Shown: one piece after another, positions 15,201-22,912 of the stretch
Layout of the letters: each line of letters opens with the position of its first letter
Numbering within the stretch: position 1 is the stretch's first letter
Assembly (NCBI GenBank): GCA_003531155.1
Contig: DQHR01000078.1
Span: 351 to 36,117, forward strand
DNA: 35,767 nucleotides
Source: Bacteroidales bacterium
GTDB taxonomy: Bacteria > Bacteroidota > Bacteroidia > Bacteroidales > Tenuifilaceae
Reading direction: 5' to 3'
Position numbers and translations under genes: made by a program
The notes under the pieces: model-generated
The model's input: the letters and a program-made list of their open reading frames with translations, nothing else
What the model was told of the DNA's origin: nothing
Databases searched by the model: none

Positions 15201-17983
15201 ACAAGTTTCCATTGCTCGAATTGAATTACATATGCATATAATGAAACCTTATACTTTCCCCCCACTGAATATTTATGTGTGACAATAGTATTTGAGAATG
15301 GAGGTAATAAAGCGCTTTCAATATTGGATTGCGTTCCATCTCCATATGTGATATAAAAACTACAGTTTTTATTTGATGTAATTTCAAAACTTGCATTCTG
15401 GTCGTTTGGGCTTGTTGTTGCAATAAAGTCCATGTTTAAATCGCCTAAGTTACTAACCCTGTAGTCGTATCTTGCAAATGCAGTACTTACATCGTCTTGA
15501 ACTCTAAGTGTTACGGTATAAAACCCTTCTACGGTGTATTCATTTGAAGGGCACGCAATTGTACGTCGTGTATCCCATGGATATGTGTCATCGCCAAAAT
15601 CCCAATAGTATTTTACATCACCTTTTGCATTTTGGATAACACTAATGAATTGTACACTTCTGTTTGGAAGTAAATTAAAAATTCTAGAATTGTTTGTACC
15701 AACAAAAAAATCTATTTTCAGAGGAGGGCTGTCAACTATTTCAACTGTTTTACGAATTGTTTTAGACGTCTGACCACTCCTAACAGTCAATTGAATTATT
15801 TTTGTTCCAATCTCGGAATAGGATATAGTTTCTGTTTTATTAGAAGAATAGTTCATTGAGCAACCATTCAAGAAATACCAATCATAGGAATAGGCTCCAT
15901 CACCACCGCTTGCTTTAACAGATACCTCAATGCTTTCATTCTTTTCTGCTTTTACTTTATCAATTGCTATCTCGGCTAAAAGTTCATTGCCGACAGTTAC
16001 AATATTTTGCGTTTTTCCATAACCCTCCTTTACATTATTTTTTTCAAGAGTTACTTCGGCAGAGATAACAGCAGGATAGGAAAAACTTGTAGAATAGGAT
16101 TTGTTGCTGCCTGTGTATTCTTTAACAGGAGTTGGGCTTTTGTCCTCAAAGAAAATCCAATGATAGCTATAATCTTCAGGAATAATATTGGGATCGAGTA
16201 TTATAGATGTAAATGTAACCTCCTCATCAACATTTACTTGTGTTTTGCTTGAGTTAATTGTTACACTAAAACTGTTGCTTGTACTTGCCTCTCCCCCTAT
16301 TTCAAAGCAATGCATATCATCGTACCCTTGAGAATTGTGAGGAGGAGTGCTCCATGTATTTTGACCTGTTCTTTTTGGAATTTCTGATTCGGAATAACTT
16401 GTTTTTGAAGATGAGAAGTTTTCAATTGCATTACCGGCAAGGTCTGTCCCGTTAAATCGGATAAAATGAACGCCATCGGTAGAGCCATCTGTTTTAATTG
16501 CGCTAGCATCTATTGTAAACTCCCACTCTTTACCTTCAGTATCGATTTTGGTACCAGCAAATGGGCAAGTTAAAGTTAATGTTGCTTGCCCTTGGTTAGG
16601 CTTTATGCTTTCAATATTTAGTGCGGTTAATGGTTCGCTGGCAGTAACCTTAATGGTTAAACTTTTGTCGCGTGCGGCTTTTGCAATTTTCCCATCGAGC
16701 GGGTTGTGCAAATTTGCATTACCGTTAGCAATATATTCAAGGGCATTACTTGTTGAATTCCACACCCATTCTCCTTTATAAACATCTGTAGTGCCCGATT
16801 TAATTTCTACCTTTTGGAGGTAAGGGCATAGATTATCTAAAGTGGTATTTACTGTTGCAGTTGAACTTAGTGCTTGAATAACTGCATTCCCAACATCAGT
16901 GCCAATTGCTTGGAATGTATAAGAGCCATCTCCATACTGGAAACCTCTTGCTATTGTCGATGTCGTTGATGTTGCTTGACTATTGAAGTGATACTTAAAA
17001 AAATCATGACTATGCACATTGGGCACTATTGGATAAATTCCTACACCAACTGCATTTCTAATTTCTTGTTCAGACGTTAATGAATAAATAATGTTATGTT
17101 CTGGAACATTACTAATCCCTAAACTATTATTTGTATAGAACATTTGCTCTAAACCTGTATAATTATAGGAAAAAGTCTTAACAGATTGTCCATTTTTAGA
17201 AATCTGAAGTTGAAGATTATCAAAGTCATGGCTAAGTACTGTGTTTTCTTCAGTTTCAACTATTATAGTACCAAAGGAAATGTCATTTCCAAATTCAGTT
17301 GCAATACTATTGTTATTGTATTTTAATTGTAAATTAATGGTTGGTGCATAATTATTTGTTCTATTTAAAAAACTGAGGGGATTTTCACTCAAATTATTCC
17401 TTTCTAAGTGTAAGTGAGGGCCACTTGGATAAGCTCTAGCTCTGAATATAAGATCTCCTTGGTTAGCAGTCTGCCTCAAGGTGACTCGGCTTCTTGTCAC
17501 ATCATCGTAAAAAGTATTATTATTGTTTGGATCACCGTCTCCATCATCATAATTTCCACTTATATATGCATTAGTTGTTGTTAGAACATTATTTCTCACT
17601 TCTCTAATAATTAATAATCTATAATTTGGATTATTATTAATTCTATAATCCCAAATCACATTATGATTTTCATCCTCAAATGTACCAACATGAACATGAC
17701 GATATCTAAAATTCCCAACTTCAACATAAGAAATATCATCGCCATTATATGCAGGAAGGACAATGGTGCCATTTTCTACTGCATATGCAGGTCCATATAA
17801 ACCAGGGGGGCTATAATCTAAACCTTTATGGAATTTAGTTGTAGTGCCATTTACATATCTTGGACCAAAATCACTTGTTAAATTGGTTAGAGCATTATTT
17901 CCTCCTGTTGGGTTTGGTAAGGTTTGACCAAAAGAAAAATAAGTTAAAAAAATACTTGTCAAGGTAACAATATATATCTTCAT
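12251..17983 (-). CDS. Giant T9SS-secreted multidomain protein: signal peptide, M23 metallopeptidase, Ig/PKD repeats, BACON-like domain, right-handed beta-helix, type-A T9SS C-terminal sorting domain
   Basis: 1910 aa.
- Signal peptide: MKIYIVTLTSIFLTYFSFGQ.
- M23 motifs: FH52KGLD56, YRHVH, GPH190LH192LE.
- Four PKD-like units (e.g. ...YYWDFGDD..., ...ITYGDGTQ...).
- SGGSG-xY-Y-W Ig-like units.
- BACON-like segment: CDWLSVISGTSG...ITFNVSENNTNVERMGRLII...IIITQ.
- Beta-helix entry: IIRVPADFEKIQEAIDAASDGDRVEVDEGTYNE, followed by GGG-rich turns.
- C-terminus: FNVFPNPTDGSFKL...GSYFIRI...KTKMIIKQ (Por secretion tail). Confidence 0.85.
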   Translation of the reverse strand: MKIYIVTLTSIFLTYFSFGQTLPNPTGGNNALTNLTSDFGPRYVNGTTTKFHKGLDYSPPGLYGPAYAVENGTIVLPAYNGDDISYVEVGNFRYRHVHVGTFEDENHNVIWDYRINNNPNYRLLIIREVRNNVLTTTNAYISGNYDDGDGDPNNNNTFYDDVTRSRVTLRQTANQGDLIFRARAYPSGPHLHLERNNLSENPLSFLNRTNNYAPTINLQLKYNNNSIATEFGNDISFGTIIVETEENTVLSHDFDNLQLQISKNGQSVKTFSYNYTGLEQMFYTNNSLGISNVPEHNIIYSLTSEQEIRNAVGVGIYPIVPNVHSHDFFKYHFNSQATSTTSTIARGFQYGDGSYTFQAIGTDVGNAVIQALSSTATVNTTLDNLCPYLQKVEIKSGTTDVYKGEWVWNSTSNALEYIANGNANLHNPLDGKIAKAARDKSLTIKVTASEPLTALNIESIKPNQGQATLTLTCPFAGTKIDTEGKEWEFTIDASAIKTDGSTDGVHFIRFNGTDLAGNAIENFSSSKTSYSESEIPKRTGQNTWSTPPHNSQGYDDMHCFEIGGEASTSNSFSVTINSSKTQVNVDEEVTFTSIILDPNIIPEDYSYHWIFFEDKSPTPVKEYTGSNKSYSTSFSYPAVISAEVTLEKNNVKEGYGKTQNIVTVGNELLAEIAIDKVKAEKNESIEVSVKASGGDGAYSYDWYFLNGCSMNYSSNKTETISYSEIGTKIIQLTVRSGQTSKTIRKTVEIVDSPPLKIDFFVGTNNSRIFNLLPNRSVQFISVIQNAKGDVKYYWDFGDDTYPWDTRRTIACPSNEYTVEGFYTVTLRVQDDVSTAFARYDYRVSNLGDLNMDFIATTSPNDQNASFEITSNKNCSFYITYGDGTQSNIESALLPPFSNTIVTHKYSVGGKYKVSLYAYVIQFEQWKLVTQKEINVYKTPNAPNGEIVLYYNKWYYDDKFVLSGRVFNILPFPNVQSEFSLYSPGYYTYFDRSLYYRFKWWTNSPIEFTHPNEPMTWITLNDEIKDELNRTGTYKFTATLDVTGYIDFEPYWKTYSKTSEFILYNPLAIKNINYVYVDEIGNTVTVTPQITGGIQPYEIDWFIDDVFYSNNSTIDILVGDKMKNCKLIVRNASSFYRNDDYEVKKDFHVCPPIQVDAGNTIYLCNDGSKKTFNPIVSGGSGVYYYTWNPDTNLSSIIDENPTVSSTGVGTKQYTLTVRDNYGTSASDQVDVVTYDDIQINLDPFYYVNGTESSIITPTISGGSGNFSYKWSNGARTKDITINYLSNFEQTFTVKDNYTGCEKTANCKILCRGFSITAVNNFLKSKNPTTIKLQVTSAPTPGKITYSARSECDWLSVISGTSGYSDNYITFNVSENNTNVERMGRLIIESPEAVNSPYEIIITQRKDNIIRVPADFEKIQEAIDAASDGDRVEVDEGTYNENIVFSGSKKISVKATGCPVNTIISALNQDSGPNVPESCYNNPTVTFDNNNSVLQGFSISGHYNKALFKGGGIYSYFSNPELIDLLITDNRTEGGGGGINIYYGSPKITNVSILGNYAEYGGGLFILGGSVSLKNVLIIDNRALGARVDFNNLNDPNIVFNGKGVGILSSNANMMLDNVTISENRYVEIDAPGFAELTIDAETTNITNSIITGKIGTRNSAETTKLNINFSDITSSITGPIQINWGTGNKNVDPKFDWNFSLLANSPCIDTGDPTKLDKDGSRCDMGHTGGKGIFFSTAKICTKDNIFTLAPRFLEVGANCSPLLSYEAGESESFIATEQIALKNGFEGKTGSFLSFIIQPNYNEPFQYDNKCVFYKAPEVTDTTSNNNYIQKGLDFNVFPNPTDGSFKLLLINAVENGCRVEILNILGVTLLKDLIIGTSGDFNISRFKPGSYFIRITSGNSIKTKMIIKQ

Positions 17984-18006
17984 GATAATTTCTAATTAGA
18001 AGGCTA

Positions 18007-19167
18007 CTATTTGATTTTGTATTCAATTCTTTTAATACCATCAGTATAAACATCAAAAGTGTCGTATGAAACTTCTTTGATACTTAGAGTACTAGAACCA
18101 CATTTAATTGGTGAACAATTCAAAAGTTTGCCGTTTAGATCATAAAAATTAATCATACATTTATTAGGAGCAGTATTTGTTAGTATAGCAATTGTAGAAT
18201 TATTTACAAAACATCCCTCTAATACCCATGGTTCAGTCTCAGTGTTTTGGTCTTGCTCTTTTTTAAATATTAGTTTTAAACTTGAACTATTATAAATTTC
18301 AAACATATAAGGCTTGACTATTCGCAGCAAAAATGTTCCATCATAAGACATTGCAAACTTTCCTCCGGCAGGACTGAACTCATGTTCCCATAATGTTTTA
18401 CCATTACTATCTACCAAATAAACAGACGAGCCATCTCTTACCAAAACAAAATTTCCATTACCTGATATATATGAAAAAACATTATTTGATTTATCAAAAG
18501 TTTTTTCCCATTGCTTTTTGTCATGAAAATCATAAAAATACAAAGTGTTTGTAAGATCATTTTTTGATGGATTAACCCTAATTCTGTAATAAATAGCAGT
18601 ATTAAGTTCATTAGGAATAATATATCCGATATTATCTATATAAAATACTTCTTTCCCACTTTTATCATAAGAAAAAAGTTTTTGACGACCTTCTGTTTCT
18701 TCAGAAGAACCATACCAAATAATGTGTGTATAACTCCCATCATCTGATATTGATATGTAATTTGGAATGCTTTCCTTTTTTGAAGTACTCCAAAGTAATT
18801 CGCCTTTCTCATTGTACATCTCAATTATTCCTCTTTCTTCTAATGGATCTGTTTTTTTTGAAGTTTCGTAATTAACTTTTGTAAGTTGATGAGTAACTAG
18901 AACAAAATGTTTTTTGTTTTCAGATGAATAAACCCATTGTTCGTCGTAACCTGATTCATTATTTGGATTACTTTTTAATTTTGATGTTGGAATTTTATAA
19001 GAACTATATAAGGGAATTTCACTTAATTGAATTTCAATACCCTTGATTTTGACAGTTTTTTGTTGATATTGTTGTATTTCAGAATTATCTTTTGGATAGT
19101 TTATCTTTTGCGAAAATGCATTCATACCGATTGCGGTAATAATGCAAAGTAGTATATAGTATCTCAT
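18007..19167 (-). CDS. Hypothetical exported protein, beta-propeller-like repeats
   Basis: 386 aa. Sec signal peptide MRYYILLCIITAIGMNAFSQ. Recurring blade-like motifs (GELLWSTSK, GKEVFYIDN, NGKTLWEHEF, NGKLLNCSP). No T9SS tail and no lipobox. Very AT-rich coding sequence. It is separated by 23 nt from the M23 gene and by 7 nt from the 905-aa gene. Confidence 0.7.
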   Translation of the reverse strand: MRYYILLCIITAIGMNAFSQKINYPKDNSEIQQYQQKTVKIKGIEIQLSEIPLYSSYKIPTSKLKSNPNNESGYDEQWVYSSENKKHFVLVTHQLTKVNYETSKKTDPLEERGIIEMYNEKGELLWSTSKKESIPNYISISDDGSYTHIIWYGSSEETEGRQKLFSYDKSGKEVFYIDNIGYIIPNELNTAIYYRIRVNPSKNDLTNTLYFYDFHDKKQWEKTFDKSNNVFSYISGNGNFVLVRDGSSVYLVDSNGKTLWEHEFSPAGGKFAMSYDGTFLLRIVKPYMFEIYNSSSLKLIFKKEQDQNTETEPWVLEGCFVNNSTIAILTNTAPNKCMINFYDLNGKLLNCSPIKCGSSTLSIKEVSYDTFDVYTDGIKRIEYKIK

Positions 19168-19174
19168 AATTGTT

Positions 19175-21892
19175 TTATTTGCTATTCAGATTCTTTACCT
19201 CATTCTCTAACGCCTCAATGCGCTTGTTCTGATCAATTATATAGAGCGTTAGCTCCTCAATTTTCTGGAGTAGTTTGGCGTTCATCTCGCCAACTCCAAT
19301 ACCTTGCTCTTGAGCCTCTTTTTCGGTTGGAATTTCGGGAAGATGTTTGTTGGTCTTGATAAATTGCTCAAGCTCGCTTAGGGAGCGTAGTTTATGGTTG
19401 CTATTAAAAATAAAATCGGGCCATGGCTGCAACCTAATAATAACCTCCTCAGCAATAACCCTGCCAGCAACAGCCAATTTAAAACCTTTGGTATCTGTGG
19501 TGCCAATGCCAACGTTGCCAGCATTTTCTTGTAGTAATAGAAGGTTGTTGTCTCCATCATATCTTAAAGCATTATATCCACTAGGTCCATTTTGTATGAC
19601 AAATGTTTCAGAATTTTCTCCGGTTGAGAAAAAGACATCTCCAGCAACATGAAGTCTGTGTTGAGGTATTGTTCCAATACCAATAGAACCATCGCTTGTT
19701 ACTCTTATTCTTTCGTAATTATTAGTTCGAATAACAAAATCCTGATTGTCTGTGGTACCTATAAAATTGTTAGTAGGGTTTGTTCCAGTATTGCCACGTA
19801 TATTCCATGTTGAAGTTGAATTTCCTGCATCAGTAAGGATAACATCACCGGTTGAGTTAACACTTAGGAATTTTCCATTGCCTGCTACTGCTGTTGATGA
19901 AGAATTAAGCTGAGTAAATCTTAAGCCTGAGTTTCCAACTGTACCATGGTTTATTTCTAGTTTATTGTTTGCTGTTGTTGTTCCAATACCGACCTTGCCA
20001 TCATAATTAATTATCATCCTCTCCGTACTAAGGGTTGAAAATGAGATTGCTGCTGCTCCGCCAGCACCGGGTGCGTTAAAGTTAAATCCTACCTCGTTCG
20101 TTCCACCTACAACAAATGATGAAAGTATAAGTCCTCTTTCAGACACAGTACCTCCAAATCTTGCTATTTCATTGTTAGATAATCCAGAGAGAACTTCAAG
20201 TTTGGTAGCAGGGCTAGTTGTTCCAATACCGACATTGCCATTGCTTGTCACCCTTACTTTTTCAGTGTTGTTTGTTCTAATAATAAGATCTTTATTGTCA
20301 GTAGTACCTATGAAGTTAATAGTTGGATTTGTTCCCGCATTTCCTAAAAAACTCCATGCAGAAGTTAAACTACCTGCATCGGTAAGGATAACATCACCAG
20401 TTGAGTTAACACTCAAGAATTTCCCATTGCCAATTGTTGTTGGTGACATAGAGTTGAGTTGAGTGAATCTTAATCCGGAATTCCCTGCTGTACCATGGTT
20501 TATTTCAAGTTTACTATTGGGGTTTAATGTTCCAATACCAATATAACCACTCCCATTAATAATTAACCTTTTTGTACTATTTGTGGAGAACTCAAGATTG
20601 TTATTGCCGTATACTGCCATGCCTAAGTTTGATGAAACACCACTATTAATACTTGCCCCAGAGCCAATGATACCAAGGTTTGTTCCGTTGGTTTTAAACA
20701 TTAGGTAATTATTGTTGGCATTTATAGGGTTTATTGAAAGTGAGCCAGTTGTTGAGATATCTCCAACTGTTACTAATTTATGTGAAGGAACGCCTCCTCC
20801 ACAACCACTTATGGGGGTTACTTTTATTATACCTGAAGTAGCAGTTGAACTATAATTTACGACAATGTTGTTGCTTTTTGAATTAGAAGTAATTGTTGCA
20901 CCATTTGGAACTTCCCAATTATATTCGCTTGCACCTGTTACGCTTGAAATGGAGTAAGTGATTCCGTTTGCCCCTGGGTTAACAGCATTAAGGCCTGTTA
21001 TTATTCCTGCTGAGGTTTGGGTACTAATTGTAACAGGTAAATATGCAGGCTGAGCGTTTCCTCCTGAAACACTTATATTACCAGATACTGCAGAAGAATT
21101 GTAGTTGACAGTGATACTGTTAGAACCAGTTCCAGATGCTATATACGCACCATAAGGCACCGTCCATGTATAGTTAGTTACACCATAGACTATTGGTACT
21201 GAATAAACTACTCCTTTTGTTCCAGCACAAATATTGCTATTTCCACTTATTGGCCCAATTGTAAGTTGGGGATTTACAGTAACAAATAATTTACTGGGGT
21301 TCCCTGATCCGCATTTATTTTGTACAGATACAGATATATTTCCAGAGACTGCTGTTTGAGAAAAATTTACAAGAATAGTATTTGTATTTTGCCCATTGCT
21401 GATTGTTGCTCCACTAGGTACACTCCAAATATATCCGGTGGATCCAGGAACAGGTGTTGCATAATAATTTAATTGGGCTCCTCTATATACAATGTTACTT
21501 CCCGTTATTGAATTAACCGAAAGAACACCATCACCAGTTACTTCTTTACTATTTGTTAGCACCTGTCCATTTGATAAGGTAACTGTTACTGTGATTGTAA
21601 AATCACTTTGTGTATCACTAGGGTTAACTATCATGTATTCTAAACCTTGTTCTTCATCAAAATAAGGACGTCCATCATAACTGTCAAGGCTCCATACGAT
21701 GGAGGTAACACTTGGGGCCGGCTCTGTCTCCCAATTTAAATGAATTGTATATACCTCAGGACCACCATCCCAGCAAAAAGTAGATGAGCCCTCAATGGTT
21801 ACTGAATTTACTTGAGCATTTGCATATTGAAATTTCAGTGAAAAGATAAATGCAAATAATAGCACAATTAAGAATCTGTATGGATTTCTCAT
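19175..21892 (-). CDS. Exported PKD-like-repeat / tail-fibre-like protein with a C-terminal coiled coil
   Basis: 905 aa. Signal peptide ...FSLKFQYANAQ. Four ~85-aa PKD-like repeats (YIWSVPSGATISNGQNTNTILVNFS..AVSGNISVSVQNKCG and variants). A duplicated 183-aa unit is rich in NFIGTTDN...RTNN.E..RVTS.G.(V/I)GIGT. The C-terminus, WPDFIFNSNHKLRSLSELEQFIKTNKHLPEIP...LLQKIEELTLYIIDQNKRIEALENEVKNL, resembles what I recall being annotated as Bacteroidota 'tail fiber domain' proteins. No T9SS tail. Confidence 0.75.
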   Translation of the reverse strand: MRNPYRFLIVLLFAFIFSLKFQYANAQVNSVTIEGSSTFCWDGGPEVYTIHLNWETEPAPSVTSIVWSLDSYDGRPYFDEEQGLEYMIVNPSDTQSDFTITVTVTLSNGQVLTNSKEVTGDGVLSVNSITGSNIVYRGAQLNYYATPVPGSTGYIWSVPSGATISNGQNTNTILVNFSQTAVSGNISVSVQNKCGSGNPSKLFVTVNPQLTIGPISGNSNICAGTKGVVYSVPIVYGVTNYTWTVPYGAYIASGTGSNSITVNYNSSAVSGNISVSGGNAQPAYLPVTISTQTSAGIITGLNAVNPGANGITYSISSVTGASEYNWEVPNGATITSNSKSNNIVVNYSSTATSGIIKVTPISGCGGGVPSHKLVTVGDISTTGSLSINPINANNNYLMFKTNGTNLGIIGSGASINSGVSSNLGMAVYGNNNLEFSTNSTKRLIINGSGYIGIGTLNPNSKLEINHGTAGNSGLRFTQLNSMSPTTIGNGKFLSVNSTGDVILTDAGSLTSAWSFLGNAGTNPTINFIGTTDNKDLIIRTNNTEKVRVTSNGNVGIGTTSPATKLEVLSGLSNNEIARFGGTVSERGLILSSFVVGGTNEVGFNFNAPGAGGAAAISFSTLSTERMIINYDGKVGIGTTTANNKLEINHGTVGNSGLRFTQLNSSSTAVAGNGKFLSVNSTGDVILTDAGNSTSTWNIRGNTGTNPTNNFIGTTDNQDFVIRTNNYERIRVTSDGSIGIGTIPQHRLHVAGDVFFSTGENSETFVIQNGPSGYNALRYDGDNNLLLLQENAGNVGIGTTDTKGFKLAVAGRVIAEEVIIRLQPWPDFIFNSNHKLRSLSELEQFIKTNKHLPEIPTEKEAQEQGIGVGEMNAKLLQKIEELTLYIIDQNKRIEALENEVKNLNSK
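19450..20553 (-). repeat. Tandem in-frame duplication (2 x 549 nt = 2 x 183 aa) inside the tail-fibre-like gene
   Basis: taccatggtttatttc occurs at 19942 and 20491, and ccaatacc at 19983 and 20532, both offset by 549. The protein units KLEINHGT(A/V)GNSGLRFTQLNS...GNGKFLSVNSTGDVILTDAG... are near-identical over ~110 aa. Confidence 0.85.
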
Positions 21893-22371
21893 AGTAAAAT
21901 GTTTATTTAGGTCTGGTTATTTTCACTATTCTATTTTTGAGAATAAAATATTTAGTTAAATATTTGCTTTTACTAAATTATTATCAAAGTTTACTTAGCA
22001 GCATTATTGCTCTTAATAGTAAATAACTGCAAAAAAATATATAATTGGATAAGAAAAATAATTTTTAGAAATTATTAATTGTATTATAAAAGTATAAAAA
22101 ATAAATAAATAATTCCAAGAGATAGGGTTGTTTAGTTTTGTTAAATATATATTAAACATTATATCGTTTATAAGGCATTGTTTTTAGAGTTAACTTGTAA
22201 TTGTATAACTTACAAGCCAACTCAGTTTGTGCCTTTGCTGTTTATTGGTAAACTTTTTTTTGTCACCAAGGCTCGAAAATACCTATAGGTTCGATGAAGT
22301 CAATTTAATTTTTTTTATATGATTATCCCTAATTATGGCTATTCCTTTGAATTTTACGAAATTATTCTGAT

Positions 22372-22534
22372 GACAGGTTTTCTTCGGATCCTGTCTAGAA
22401 ATTTCAAGGTAAAATGACTCTTTCAGGTCTAAAGACTCTGAAAGGTCATTTCATAGTATTATCGTTTAAGCATCCTTATGGATACTCATTTACTTTTAAT
22501 ATTAGATGCTTCACTCCGTTCAGCATGACAAAAG
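22372..22534. repeat. Cluster of REP-like palindromic word repeats in the long intergenic region
   Basis: Hairpin gacagg/cctgtc (22372-22395). A 14-bp bulged stem aaatgac(t)ctttcag / ctgaaaggtcattt (22412-22451). agatgcttcactccgttcagcatgacaaaag (22504-22534) recurs at 34782-34803 without the 7-nt insert. Confidence 0.6.
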
Positions 22535-22646
22535 ATACCTAATTATTAGGTATTGAATTCCAATTACCACTCTTAGAACGAACTGGCATTAAATAGTCTT
22601 CAGGGGAGATAAAATAGGATGAGCACGGCAATAAGGACAGGTATAT

Positions 22647-22692
22647 ATAAATAAAAAACTTTCTCAAGTAGAACGAACTACTTAAGAAAGTT
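22647..22692 (-). terminator. Strong rho-independent terminator (copy 2 of the 62-nt module, 22646-22707)
   Basis: Identical to 12030-12091 except for one base in the hairpin loop (g12061 vs a22677). It begins 8 nt after the stop of the 45-aa lipoprotein gene. Confidence 0.85.
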
Positions 22693-22714
22693 AGGCCATA
22701 CAACCTTTAATAAT

Positions 22715-22852
22715 TTAACTTCTAGCTACTTCTGTTGAGTTTTTAACAACTTGGCTGTATGCAGGGCATGTTTTCTTTTGGCATGAACTGAAAACAGCAG
22801 CAACAACAACCAGAACTAGTAATACAGCAAAAAATTTCTTCATTGATTTCAT
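22715..22852 (-). CDS. Mini-lipoprotein (45 aa precursor, ~22-aa mature peptide), CxKxxCPAY family, paralog 1
   Basis: The ORF-track entry 22715-22906 is trimmed to the signal-peptide-compatible start, giving MKSMKKFFAVLLVLVVVAAVFSS|CQKKTCPAYSQVVKNSTEVARS. It has a basic n-region, a hydrophobic core and a lipobox-like SSC. The alternative start is 22843. Confidence 0.6.
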   Translation of the reverse strand: MKSMKKFFAVLLVLVVVAAVFSSCQKKTCPAYSQVVKNSTEVARS

Positions 22853-22912
22853 CGAATTACAATTTTGAGAGTCCAGTGCTAAGTTATTTAAAAATTGGTA
22901 AACCACAAAAAG

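Noticed and set aside
19450-20553. The tail-fibre duplication as a diversity-generating retroelement template/variable repeat pair
   Set aside because: No reverse transcriptase gene is present in the window. Both copies are in-frame coding units of the same gene, and the differences between them are not confined to adenine positions.
22288-22295. GGTTCGAT, a tRNA T-loop-like string, in the long intergenic region
   Set aside because: The flanking bases (ctata / tgaag) cannot form a T-stem, and no acceptor or anticodon arms can be drawn. It is a chance match.
22319-22417. 32-codon plus-strand ORF (MIIPNYGYSFEFYEIILMTGFLRILSRNFKVK)
   Set aside because: It has no signal peptide, motif or paralog. 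It runs through REP-like hairpins, so the open frame is most likely incidental.
21893-22714. Invertible (phase-variable) promoter upstream of the surface-protein operon
   Set aside because: I found only short local A/T hairpins and REP-type palindromes. There is no pair of 15-30-nt inverted repeats flanking a promoter-sized segment, and no nearby recombinase gene. By-eye scanning is not exhaustive, so an inverted-repeat search (e.g. einverted) would settle it.
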